Source of the DNA: Cyanophora paradoxa CCMP329 | Taxonomy: Eukaryota; Plantae; Glaucophyta | Length of the DNA: 64,000 nucleotides | NCBI GenBank assembly: GCA_004431415.1 | Contig: QPMI01000535.1 | Location: 248,001 to 312,000, forward strand | Direction of reading: 5' to 3' | In this document: piece by piece, positions 51,470 through 62,475 of the stretch | Layout: each line of letters opens with the position of its first letter | Position numbering within the stretch: the stretch's first letter is position 1 | Notes under the pieces: model-generated | Seen by the model: only the letters and a program-made list of their open reading frames with translations | The model's database searches: none | Told to the model about the DNA's origin: nothing | Program-made: the position numbers and the translations under genes

Positions 51470-52638
51470 CCCCCCCCCCCCCCCCTCTACCCCCCCCTAC
51501 CCCCGGCCCGGCCCGGCGTCCTTAGAGGAGTGTCGATAATCACGTGCACATGTCTCGTCGCCGGCTTTTTCCTCGGCTCCTGAATCGATATCGCTAGGGG
51601 CGGGCGGGGGGGGCGGAGCCGGGGGCCGGGGAGGGACGGGATGGGGGGGAGGGGGGGAGCAGGGGAGGGGAAGGGGGTCCGGAGGCGGAGGCGCCGGCAG
51701 CGCGGGGGAAGCGGCGGGCGGGGGGGGGGGGGGGGGGGGGGGCGGGCCGAATAGGAGCCCTCTAGCCTTAATTTGAGCCTTTCACTCTAGTGTTGCTGCA
51801 TCACACACCCTCGGCCCGGGACTCGGGCCCATCACACGGGACTCGGGCCCGGCCCGGAGGCCATGCCTAGGCCTAGGGTGCACTGCGGCAGCTGCATGCA
51901 TGTGGCGCCAGCACGCGCTCAGAGATTCAGAGGTACCAGCTCTCCAAGCTCACCAAAGCTCACCAATTGCAAGCTGCCCCCCCCCACTCTGGATCCCACT
52001 ATAACATTCAGATGTATATTTAACGAAAAACCAATCAGAGGGCTCACGATAACGCGAGGGAAAAGGAAACGCTGCGGGGTACGCCCCTCTGCTGCGCTGC
52101 GGCCCCCATCCGGGCCAGCGAGGGGGGCCGGGAGTTGGGGGGGGAGCTCGAGGGGACCGCGGGGGCGGGGCCGGGGACGGTGGGCGCCGAGGCGCGGCGG
52201 GAGGGGAGGGACGCCGGGGCGGGCGGAAGGGCCCCGAAACTGTCAGAGCTGCTCGCCCCGCTTCCGCTGCCGCCCCGCGAGCGCGCGGAGAGCGACCCGG
52301 GCGTGCGCGCCCCCTCCCCGCCGCTGCTCCCCGCGGCCGTCACTGAGATCTAGATCTCGTCTTCCACCCTCGCGATCGTCTGCTCGATACCTCTCACTGA
52401 AGCCGAAGGCGCCTCGGACACGGGCGGGACCTTCGAATTCCAGCCCCATGGCCAGATGGCCTGGAACGCCGCGAACACCTTAAGTAAGCTTCTGTCAGGC
52501 GCTGCGGAACTACATACGCAGCATGCGCCAAATATATTAATTGTACTCCTTAAGCTTGGTGCGCTCGCCACGGGCTTCTACCCGGTCTGAGACGAGAGCT
52601 TTAATTTCTGACTATCGATATCACTGAATCAATAGCAA

Positions 52639-52732
52639 TTTTTTTGAGAGACTACGGTGGGGCGAACCCCCCGTAGGTAGTGATATTAAGGACAACAAAG
52701 CAATCACAAATCATGATCAAAGATACAGAAAA
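52639..52732 (-). mobile_element. Family 1 retro-insertion with 16-bp TSD
   Basis: Near-identical to 38799-38880; TSD ACTGAATCAATAGCAA (52623-52638) / ACTGAGTCAATACCAA (52733-52748). Confidence 0.85.
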
Positions 52733-53315
52733 ACTGAGTCAATACCAAGATCTAGATCTAGTAGTAGACGATTTCTTCGCCATATTGCAAGGGGGGAAAG
52801 AAGGCCGAAGGGCTTCTCCCAGCTTGCTTCCCATTCCCTCGCTTCAGCCAAAATTTTTGTACGAGGCCGTTTTCGAGGTCCAGTATGCAACACCAGAAAA
52901 CAATGATGCTTTATTCACGATCCGATTGGCTCGGTGGACCGGTCAGCCTTCGACTTTCGAGCGTCAAAGTCGAGCTCGCGAGAGCTCTCTCTCTGTACGG
53001 TCTAGCTAGATTATAGCCTAGATAGATCTGTAGATTCTGTACCCGATCGCGATGACCGTCTGTACCGTGACTGAACCGTTGAACGTTGCTGCAACTTGCT
53101 GGCAAGTGCCAATTTGCCGCCGCCGCAGTGCTGCGAGCCCGCGTCTCCTCAGTGAGTCCTCGGTGACTCCTCACTGCCATACTGGTAGTCCTCATGATCA
53201 GGGCATGCAGACTTTGAGAGGCAGGGCCTCAGAGGAGTCAGGACTCAGGAGCCTGCGATTCGGACACCTCGAGGCTCGAGCCTCTTTTTGTGTCAATTGA
53301 AATTGTTTTTTGCTC

Positions 53316-53390
53316 GAAGCGGACCTTTTCTTTCTAGAAGCGGACCTTTTCTTTCTAGAAGCGGACCTTTTCTTTCTAGAAGCGGACTTT
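53316..53390. repeat. Tandem minisatellite, 21-bp unit x3.5
   Basis: GAAGCGGACCTTTTCTTTCTA repeated three times plus a partial copy. Confidence 0.9.
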
Positions 53391-53905
53391 TTTTACTTTT
53401 TTGAGAAGTGCTGTCGCATTTCTAATTCGTACGTACAGTCGATCGCGAAGTGTGCGACATGTCCTACCGGTACGGTACTGTGATGTACGATGATCGGCAC
53501 TGGTTCCGAAGTTCGGCAGTCGGCGATGATCATGACTCAGTGACTCCTGTCACGAGTCCTGTGTCGAATACTGTACAGGCCCTGAGGGATGCAGAGTCAT
53601 CGCCTGTCTAGATCTACCGGTTACTGGTAGATCTAGTACAAGCTTAAGAGGAGATACTGCGCGCGTGAAGGGATTCTACACCGTGCACCGTGGCACGTGG
53701 CACGTACCAGTAATCTACTCTGATTCCACAGCAGCGCTAGCTTGTCGTCCACGAGTCCCACTATCGCGATCGCGACTCGATGTGTCGAGCAGAATCGAGC
53801 TGCGCATGCAGGCTGCACTGCCGCTGCAGCCGGTCACCCGGTGCTTTAATTTAGCCTGTACTACGGTACATGTATGTCGTCGATCGCGATTTGCGAGTCG
53901 CCTAG

Positions 53906-53976
53906 CCTGGGCAGCCCCCGCAGTGCTGGTGTCTAGAGACTGTACACATGTGGCCGGTAATTCACCAAAAACAAAC
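53906..53976 (+). mobile_element. Family 2 short retro-insertion with 7-bp TSD
   Basis: CCTGGGCAGCCCCCGCAGTGCTGGTGTCTAGAGACTGT...GGCCGGTAATTCACCAAAAACAAAC flanked by CGCCTAG (53899-53905, 53977-53983). Confidence 0.75.
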
Positions 53977-53997
53977 CGCCTAGTACCGTAGCCTGGT

Positions 53998-54269
53998 CCG
54001 TAGGGCACTTAAGTACCGCGGGCACTTAACTAACGCGGTACCAAATTAACGCGCCAAAAGTTTGTTAAAACGCGGTAATTTGGTGCCGCGGTAATTCGCT
54101 GCTGAGAAGTCGCCCCATACAGTACCCCCTGAAATTACTGCCCCATACAATAAAAATTAAGCCTCAAATTTTCAAAACCGCGTTAATTTGGTACCGCGGT
54201 ATTTTGCTCAGAGGAGGGCCATTTTTGAAACCGCGTTAATTACCGCCGCAGTAATTTAGTGCCCGACGG
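53998..54269. mobile_element. MITE with ~23-bp TIR and internal AATTACCGCG-type repeats
   Basis: CCGTAGGGCACTTAAGTACCGCG ... CGCAGTAATTTAGTGCCCGACGG|TA; a related right-end fragment lies at ~38440-38510. Confidence 0.7.
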
Positions 54270-55323
54270 TAGATTTCCAGAACATAAAAAGTTTAATTAA
54301 ATGCGCCGGTCCTCTCAGAGAGTCATGCATAGTCACTGAGTCTGACGCGTACGTACGTCGACTCCGGATTCCGAATCATTTTTATCTGAGTCCTCTCGCA
54401 GACTGAGTCGCAGTGAACGTGACGTCGACATATGCATGGTGAATTATTAACATTGCAATTTATTTTTGATCGACTGATCGCTATCTGCAGTCATTTTGCA
54501 CGGTTCGAGATGCATACTACCCGGTATGATATGCCCGGGCCCGCTTGCTGGCCATCTTGCATTTGGCCGCCGGCGGCGCCGCCGCGCCGGGCATGCATGG
54601 TTAACGTTCTTCGAACGTGGTTTACCCACGGTACGGTGGTTTACCGTCCGACCGTCGGACGGTCTACCCGGGTACGTCGTGAATGACCGTCGCGATCGGG
54701 CTTGTCATGCGCATCATACATGCATGCGCTCTCACTGAGTCAGAGTCTTAAACTTGAATCGAAAGCTGTAACGGTAGCTACCGGATATCTAAATAGAGGA
54801 CCTTTGATTTTTCTGCGAGAAGCGGACAGGACTTTTTTCCTAGTTGCAATTGGCAAGCTTAAGTTGGCAACTTGGAATTGCAAGCTTTAAGTTGGCAAAG
54901 ATAGAACTGTCGGACGCTGATAATTAGTGGGGCCCGAAATTAGTGGACCGTACAAGTGCCGGTCCCTCACTGAGTCATCGTCCGGACTCCGGACTCCGGA
55001 TCCGTGACATTCCGTGTACGTGCGGCCCGCTGGCCCGTACACTTGCGCGTTCGGCTTTGGGGCTTATGGGCTTATGCATATGAGCAATTCAATTTTGTCA
55101 GCTCTTCCAGTTGATTTCCGAGTTTCCGACACTGACAACCGACGCCTCAATTCGGTGAAAAACGCCCTCGAGCTCGCCAATCGCGACCCGGTGACCGCCC
55201 GCGAGGGGCAATACTATACAAAGGCTCAATTTGTTGACGTAACTGCGGCTGCGCGCCCATATGCGTCGGGCCGGGTTGCAGGTTTCCAAATCGCCGTCGT
55301 CGCCGGCGCCGTCGATGCCCGCC

Positions 55324-57748
55324 ATGGCCACCTACGCATTCGCCTACGCACACATATGCGCGGCGTGCATTCTGATCACGAACATCGTGGTGCCGGTCGC
55401 GTCTCAGCTCCAGGCGTCGCCATGCGGCGTGACGTTCGACACCTCGAAAACGTTCCAGGTGGTCTCGCGTAACGATACCACCAAGTGCTGGGGAGCAGGA
55501 GCTGTCGGTCCGGTGACTCCTGGCGTGTATCTGGCCACCTGCAGTCCAAGTGCGCACGCAAACGCGTATGCGCCCCGCGCTGCAACCGCGCAAACACACC
55601 TGCGCACTGCGGCATAAGCTTAAGCATGTATATATATGCATGCAGAAGCAGATCTAGACGACGCGCTTTCGAATTCGAAGTTTCTGACAGCGATGCTTGG
55701 TTCTTCATGCGCAGATGATTTAACACAGTTCTTTTCGGCGAACTTTACGGGGTATTCAAATGGAGAACATAAATACGAGCTCATCTATCCAGCGGCCATG
55801 ACGAGCATCTCTGGCCTAGACCTGCACTCCAAAATAATCGGCACGAGTTCGCTGAACCGTTACGATGGAGGCGGAAATGTCGCAGAAACAATCAATGGAG
55901 TGCGTACGAATACGCGCTCGCAATTTCTTGAGACTTCGACTTTTTGTTCTCACGCTAATTTATATATATGAGTATGTACACACATACGATATCGATTATT
56001 AAATGAGTTCATTATTAGCTGCAGTGCTATTGAGTTTAATTTGAATTTCGCATCATCAATGCAGTTGTTTGGGAGAGCTGGCACACCCGGCGGCGGCGAT
56101 GCGTGGGCCATGGCCGTCACGCCAAGAGCAATCGTTCGCATCTCGAAGCCAGGAGAGAATCTCACGTTGGTCGCCCCTATTGCACCCAAGTACTCCTACA
56201 GCGGGTCTCCATTCAGCATTTACAGCAGTGCAATTCTGTACAGACCTGTTATTGAAGGTGCGCTCGTGAACGAGATCAATTGTCTGCGCTCTGGACTCCG
56301 GGAAGTCATAATCGGAAGTCATAATTATATATTATAACTTGCCAGCGCATGCGCACTCTGTGGTTTCGATCGATTTGAACGCGGGCATTTCCTTACTATA
56401 GCGCTTGTGCTTAAATCGATATCGAGGCATATATATGATCATGTGCCCTTGATTATCTATAGCTAATAAGATTGTGGGTTGCTAGGTGATTCGGAGTTCG
56501 AGTGGATGTTCCGCTACGACGATAATACGATTTTTCCTTCGTGCTCGTTCCCGCAGCCGGCCGCGGTGCGCGCGGGGCCGAGTTCTATGATGTGTATACG
56601 TCACATTGGGCTTGGCGTTGGAATGCTGACCATGCCGTTCCAGACACCAAGCCCCTCACCGAGTCCGAGCCCTTCCCCGAGTCCGAGTCCCTCGAGCTCT
56701 CCGACCCCAGGCGCTAGTCCTTCGCCAAGCCCTTCGCCCATGGCCACGGCCAGCCCTTCTCCCAGCCCGACCACGATCGCCACGCCTTCGATTTCCACCA
56801 GCACGCCGTCGCCGAGCCCGTCGCCGAGCGCCATGGCCACTCCCAGCGTGCAGCTGCAGCCCCGAGCAAATGTCACAGCGTTAGAAATTGTTCAAGTGGT
56901 CATTGACGGGAAATCCGTGCGTTCATGCATATGCTCATGCTCTGACCTCGGCTATCGCTGATGTGATGTGATCTCGAGTTTTCGAACCGCTTACAATTAC
57001 TCGGCGCACTGCTATACGCAGTTTGACGTTTCGGGGGGAAGCGCTGTTTTATCCTCGGATCCGGTGCGCTTGCGAGCAATTGATGTTACGAGCTTCTCTC
57101 ACGGATTGTTTTGGAGTTGACCATGGGCTTGGGATTCGTGATTTCAGGACGGGACAAAACGAATTGCGCTTGGCGGTCTCGTCTTCTCAGCCCCTGCGGA
57201 GGCAAATAATAATTACTTTAGATATAAATCAATTGATCATGCTTTAATTGTGCGGGTACCATGCGTCCCGCAGACGGGGAGCACGGATTTCGTGATGATC
57301 AAAGGCAGCAATCTTCCGGTACGAGTTTCCATAAAATCATTGCTTTCAATCTCAAGTGACAAACTTGGCTTCGAAATAGGCAAACAAACCAGTCAAGATC
57401 TACATTGTGAATCCGAATAATAGCAGCCAAAGGGTCGAGGCCCGTGAAGCGTCCATCCCAGACTCGGAAACCATCAGATTCAGTGCGTGCAATTAATTTG
57501 ATAGCGCGAGTGATCGGGTACTATGCCGTCGAGAATTCGAATTAGAAAAAGATAGGAAATCGAACCGGAGCGTCACGGAAAGACGCCCTGAGGCCCTGAT
57601 GTCCTATCTTATCATAGGTTGTGTTTTTGCTGATGTCCGGGGATCCTGAATTGTTTTTGCTCCGCAGAGGTCCCGCCGCTCCCGAAGAGCACCAGCGCCG
57701 GCAGCCGCCGCGCACGCGCCCTACTCCAATTCGTGTCCGGATCCTCGG
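55324..57748 (+). CDS. Secreted protein with ricin-B-like N-terminal motif and (PS)n linker; runs into the virus-like insertion with no clear stop
   Basis: Signal peptide MATYAFAYAHICAACILITNIVVPVAS; TKCW...GVYLATCSP.DLTQFF; PSPSPS linker 56641-56850; last visible exon ~57667-57748 is followed by a GT donor. Confidence 0.55.
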
Positions 57749-57949
57749 TGCATTGCAATTTCCAGCCCCTCGTAAATCCTTTCCGGCTGCCGTAAGCTTA
57801 CGTGTACGTATATACCGTAGTACTAGTACTCAAAACTCTTTATGCCACCCCCCCCCCTCTCCCCCCCTACAACACACATGTACACACATAAACCCCCAAA
57901 ACCCCACCCCCTCCTGCAGTATGACCTGCGGATCGAGTCGGCGTCTGCT

Positions 57950-58257
57950 ACACATATACAACGCCCGGCTTTTAGACCTCGGCTTATTTAAATTGATCTC
58001 GTTAGTATATAACCTGTATTTATAATATATCTATCGTGAATATGTGTGTATTTTATCTGTGATATGTATTTATTTTATCGTGGGTTATAGCTTCTTTTTA
58101 ATAAAATATGTGAAATATGTATAGTTTATGTGAAGTTTAGCTATATTCTCGATGAGTAGACTTATATATCTCGTGAGATTCATTATAGTTTAGGTGTGAC
58201 TCAACTTAGTTTAATTATAACTTGCCTCAGTCTAAAAGCCGGGCGTTGTATATGTGT
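57950..58257. repeat. 28-bp perfect inverted repeat around a 252-bp AT-rich spacer
   Basis: ACACATATACAACGCCCGGCTTTTAGAC (57950-57977) / GTCTAAAAGCCGGGCGTTGTATATGTGT (58230-58257). Confidence 0.95.
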
Positions 58258-58420
58258 GTTGTTCTGAATTTTCAATATAAAAGCGACGATCACGCGCCGT
58301 TTTATCAAAAACAACTACCATGAGCTGCATGGAACGTTCTGTATGCGGCTCTCTATAAAACAAAGTAGATCTATGATATATTATGATTGATTCTTTTGTA
58401 TTTTAATTGGTCTTATTCAG

Positions 58421-58792
58421 TGTTACAGGTGTTACAGGTTTATCCCAAAGTCCGCCCTAGGAGTGGGGTCTTGGTTCCCGAGTTTGGGCAAGACCTGTAA
58501 CACCTGTAACAACGTAAACAATTATCGTGTGCTGCATAAAACATTTCGCGCGCATCGAAAATATGTGATAGTGAATAGTTTCGCACTGAAAACGATACGA
58601 AATTGATCGTTATAATACAAAAATAATTACTACTGATATTATTATGATATACTAAGACTGATATTTTGTTGTTTTAATAGGTTCTTACTGAATTAGGTCA
58701 GTGTTACAGGTGTTACAGGTTCATCCCAAACTTTGCCCTAGGAGGGGTGGGGGATAGGAAACTTTGGGATAGACCTGTAACACCTGTAACAC
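58421..58792. repeat. Two inverted-iteron cassettes, family (TGTTACAGG)2
   Basis: Arms 58421-58439/58493-58511 and 58701-58720/58773-58792; both spacers contain CCCAAA..GCCCTAGGAG..TTTGGG. Confidence 0.95.
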
Positions 58793-58849
58793 CTTACTGA
58801 TTAGCACGTAAATGCATGAGTTTCGCATCGAGATCGTGCGGCTACACAT

Positions 58850-59520
58850 AGAAACTACGCAATTTACCGCAACTACTCAAAGAAACTACGCAATTTAATA
58901 CCGGGAACTACTGAAAAGATACCAAAACTACGCAACTACGCAACTTTCAGAAAAAGTTTGAAACTCGGGGCGGGAAAAATTTAGAAAAGTGAAAAACTTG
59001 CGTAGTTGCGTAGTTTTGGTTTCGTTTGCGTAGTTTTGGTTTCGAATTGCGTAGTTTTTCATGGTAAGATGAGTAGTTTCAAGTAGTTTATATATTATAA
59101 AGTAGTTTCTTATTAATATCAATATGATTCTATGATATATACCATGCTTTCTCTACTGAAAAGAGCGCCGGCATACTACAAGGGAAGCTACGCGATAGTT
59201 TCGCACTGAAACACGACCGTTTTATAGGCTACGCAATAGTCTCGCACCTAAATGCATGCGGACTCCCGGTAGACTACGCAATTTAACGTAACTACGCATG
59301 AAAACTACGCAATCTGATCGCTTTTAATACCGAAAACTACACATTTAATACCAAAACTACGCAACTACGCAACTTTCTGAAAAAGTTTAGAAGTTGGCGG
59401 GGAAAAAAATTAGAGAAGTGAAAAACTTGCGTAGTTGCGTAGTTTTGGTATTAATGGCGTAGTTTCCGGTATTAAGTTGCGTAGTTTAACATAGGTAGTT
59501 GAGTAGTTTAAAGTAGTTTT
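58850..59520. repeat. Two inverted-iteron cassettes, family AACTACGC
   Basis: Perfect arms 58921-58943/58998-59020 and 59345-59372/59427-59454, with several further (A)ACTAC copies on the left and GTAGTT copies on the right of each A-rich spacer. Confidence 0.95.
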
Positions 59521-59682
59521 TATTAATTATAAAGTAGTTTATTATTTATCTTATTGTTATCAGTCTGAGACTCTATGAAAATCGATTGACCTTAGTGTGA
59601 AACAGTGCGCCCCGCCCACTATGCAAGATACATGCCTTTCTTATGCATGATCTATGAAAAATAACAATAAACCCATCTCGCT

Positions 59683-59946
59683 TTACATAGGAGCACTCAC
59701 AGGAATTTCGCTTGCCTTTCGAACAGTCCCCCGATTAAACGCTTGCTCTACAATCGCTTCCTTTGTGAGTGGAATCGGAATTCCAGCGGCAATACACGAT
59801 TTAACTTCTTTGTCCACAACCTCATCAATCGCGATTCTCGCCCTATTATGAGCCGCATTATCGATCCAATCCTGAACAGAGTAGGCACAGTATTCCATTC
59901 CCAGTTTTTCAGTATCAGTTAGAACCACTTGGTAGATGTTCGACAT
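59683..59946 (-). CDS. 87-aa phage-type tail-fibre companion protein
   Basis: VVLTDTEKLGMEYCAYSVQDWIDNAAHNRARIAIDEVV...IPLTKEAIVEQAF resembles, from recall, small proteins encoded downstream of C1q fibre genes in aquatic bacteriophages. Confidence 0.75.
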   Translation of the reverse strand: MSNIYQVVLTDTEKLGMEYCAYSVQDWIDNAAHNRARIAIDEVVDKEVKSCIAAGIPIPLTKEAIVEQAFNRGTVRKASEIPVSAPM

Positions 59947-59955
59947 TCTTTTACT

Positions 59956-60981
59956 CTATGTTGCAGAAATTAATTCACCAGTAAATAAACAATTTGCATG
60001 AGTGGTTGCACCAAAAATAGCACCGCTATTGAGGTAGAACCTTATTGTATCATAACCGGCTAATATAGTTATAATGGAAAATCCAAATTGCCTTGCAACT
60101 GATGTTGTTCCGATTGCATCAGAGTATGCTTGCACAACAACACTCTCAAAATCTATATTATTCCTTTTCAATTGCATAGCAGTATCTGAGGTATTTTCAG
60201 TTGTCAGACCTGTAAATGTAAATCTGTAATGTCCAGGAACAGGAGCTGTAAACACACCAGTGTCTCTATCCATATGATTTCCATTGTTGACCCAGTTATA
60301 TGGAAAACTTGTTATGTATCCAGCTGTGGTTATAGAATTATTAATACTAACACAGAATCGTGGATGATTTGGGGTAGAAAGATAGGAATTGGTTCCATTT
60401 ACACTGAATCCATTATAGCTATACTGAGTGCTGTTCTTTGTGAAAGTTGATGCGAAGGTAGAAGCAATCTTTGCCCCACCTCTCTTGATCTCAAAATTGT
60501 CATTCGCACCCACAGTATCAATAGAATTGGTCTTCACTCCACCACTTGCTGTTAGGAGCCCAGTAAATCCACCAGTGGTTGCATTCACAGCCCCATAAGA
60601 AGTTGCTGTCACTGTCCCATTCACACTCAGTCCAGTCCCAATCCATGCCCCGCCACTGTAAACTTGGAAAGCCGCCGAATTCCTATCAGCCGGATTAAAA
60701 GCCGTTTTGGAATCCTGTTGACCTTCATATAGATTTTCTTTGGTGACCAGCCCCGAAGATATTGCGGGTCGATTAGATACGATTATTTGAGTAGCTTTAA
60801 CGAGTCCATCAATCTTGTCAGCTCTGAGTTCTTTGACTCTGAGTATGCTTTGGTCATTAAAAGAATCGGTTTTCGCTGTCTCAGTCGAAGGGTGGCTCGG
60901 AGATAAATCATAGACTGTGTGTTGGACATTATGGACAGCACTTGCACTCAAAGAAAACACAGGCGTGAATACAGTTGACAT
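59956..60981 (-). CDS. Fibre protein with C-terminal C1q-like domain (341 aa)
   Basis: TPNHPRFCV...VNNGNHMDRDTGVFTAPVPGHYRFTF...LAGYDTIRFY...FTGELI; G/T/V-rich shaft GLSVNGTVTATS. Confidence 0.85.
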   Translation of the reverse strand: MSTVFTPVFSLSASAVHNVQHTVYDLSPSHPSTETAKTDSFNDQSILRVKELRADKIDGLVKATQIIVSNRPAISSGLVTKENLYEGQQDSKTAFNPADRNSAAFQVYSGGAWIGTGLSVNGTVTATSYGAVNATTGGFTGLLTASGGVKTNSIDTVGANDNFEIKRGGAKIASTFASTFTKNSTQYSYNGFSVNGTNSYLSTPNHPRFCVSINNSITTAGYITSFPYNWVNNGNHMDRDTGVFTAPVPGHYRFTFTGLTTENTSDTAMQLKRNNIDFESVVVQAYSDAIGTTSVARQFGFSIITILAGYDTIRFYLNSGAIFGATTHANCLFTGELISAT

Positions 60982-61002
60982 CTTTTGATTGTTCTTTACT
61001 TA

Positions 61003-62465
61003 TTAAGCGAGAATATTATTGTTTTGGAGAGGTCCGACAGCAATCCAATGGAGTTTAAGGGTGCGATTGCTTTGGATCACACTGTTATAATTGATGTCCG
61101 AGTAACAAGTGAATATCGCAATCCAAGTGAATTTATTTTTGAACCCAATGCGATTTCCGAACTGATATTCAGCAGAGAGATATATGCTATTGGTGAAATC
61201 GACACTTGTTAAAATAATACTGTTTTCGAGAGTAGCAGTAATTACAGGATCACTAAAAAATGGGGTTGAGAATGTAACGGTTCCCGATACTGTGGTAAAA
61301 TCCCCTTTGTAATAGACTCCGGCAGGAATTACTACATCCATTGTCCCTTGTTGCACATATGCATTTGGATTCACATAACTACCGAAATTCGTGAGCAACT
61401 CGATGCTGTGATTGTGAGTAGGTGGCGAAGTGGGTGTGTTAATTAAATCGTCATAGTTCCCGCTTGTAGCCACAGCATGCAAGTTTGGTGTATTAACTAA
61501 ATCTGTATAGCTCCCACTTGTAGCCACAGCATGCAAGGTCGGTGCAATAGGGGTGTTAGTTAAATCGTTGTAATCACCACTTGTGGCAACAGCATGCAAA
61601 TTCGGCTTAGTAAATAACCTATCCCATGTCCCATTGAAAGGGAGTGTAGATTCTGATATAATTACACTTTGATCAATCCAACGAGGTATATAGCTTGTGA
61701 AATCGGGAGTTCCTACTAAATCATAGTAATTTCCTGTGTATGCTACACTACTCCAAGTCGGCTTCTGAATGATATCACTCCACTTCCCACTAAATCCCGC
61801 CGGCACATCTGTAAGCTCCTTATAGCTCACCTTTTGCTTCGGTATAGACAGCTCAATGGGTGAGAATGCACCAGAAAGGCGATTTTCAGAGGTGAAATAC
61901 ATGAGACTTTGACTGTTAGGGAACTCATCCACGAGATTAAAGGTGAAATTCGTGGGCAATTCGAGTCGACTAATTGGGGTGTTGTCGCCTAATATAAATT
62001 CGGCGCCTGTATGCACGACCGGATTTCTTTGGATATACATATTTGATGCACCTATTACAGGTGCTACTATGGGCACATCCGAATTAACGAGATTGCAAGT
62101 GATAGAAAAAATGGTTTTGGGGGCATACAGATTGCAATCAAAAGTAATCGTGGCGGGATCAATAGTAGGATCGACATTTGAACAGATCTGAAACATCCAC
62201 CCACCCACACAGTTGCAATTTAAATTGCGAAAAGCTGTGCCTGCCATTGCATCCACATAGCCAATCCCATTTGCAATGTCATAGATGTGACCAAACTCGT
62301 AACCGAAAATGTCATTCCATAGGTTAGAAGCCATAGCTCCCATCACATAGCCTTTTAGATTAACAATTAGGTCATTGGATTCACTGGTATATTGGCATGG
62401 GTTATATAAAATTGATTATCCAATACAGCATTCTTTACTGTCGTTTCTACTATGGGTTCCGTCAT
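61003..62465 (-). CDS. Fibre protein with HAVATSGxYxDL repeats and gp53/H-lectin-like C-terminus; probable true start 62465 with one frameshift at ~62408
   Basis: LHAVATSG(D/S/N)Y(N/T/D)DL.NTP x3 plus degenerate copies; C-terminal QQGT...GTVTFSTPF..DPVITAT...LHWIAVG; adding one T to the T4 run joins MTEPIVETTVKNAVLDNQF to the 447-aa frame. Confidence 0.8.
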
Positions 62466-62475
62466 TATTTCTCTA

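Noticed and set aside
1-52500. Numerous long Arg/Pro/Gly/Ala-rich ORFs in the six-frame track (e.g. 28295-30364, 3370-5133)
   Set aside because: Shadow frames expected at very high GC; the recognisable proteins are spliced from short exons in other frames.
57818-57831. TAGTACTAGTACT as a Polinton AGT-type terminus
   Set aside because: Matches the ubiquitous X-rcX-X footprint pattern; cannot be assigned as the terminus without the other end.
58370-59540. Possible CRISPR-like array in the viral end
   Set aside because: Repeats are inverted iterons with related spacers, not direct repeats with unique spacers; no cas-like gene is visible.
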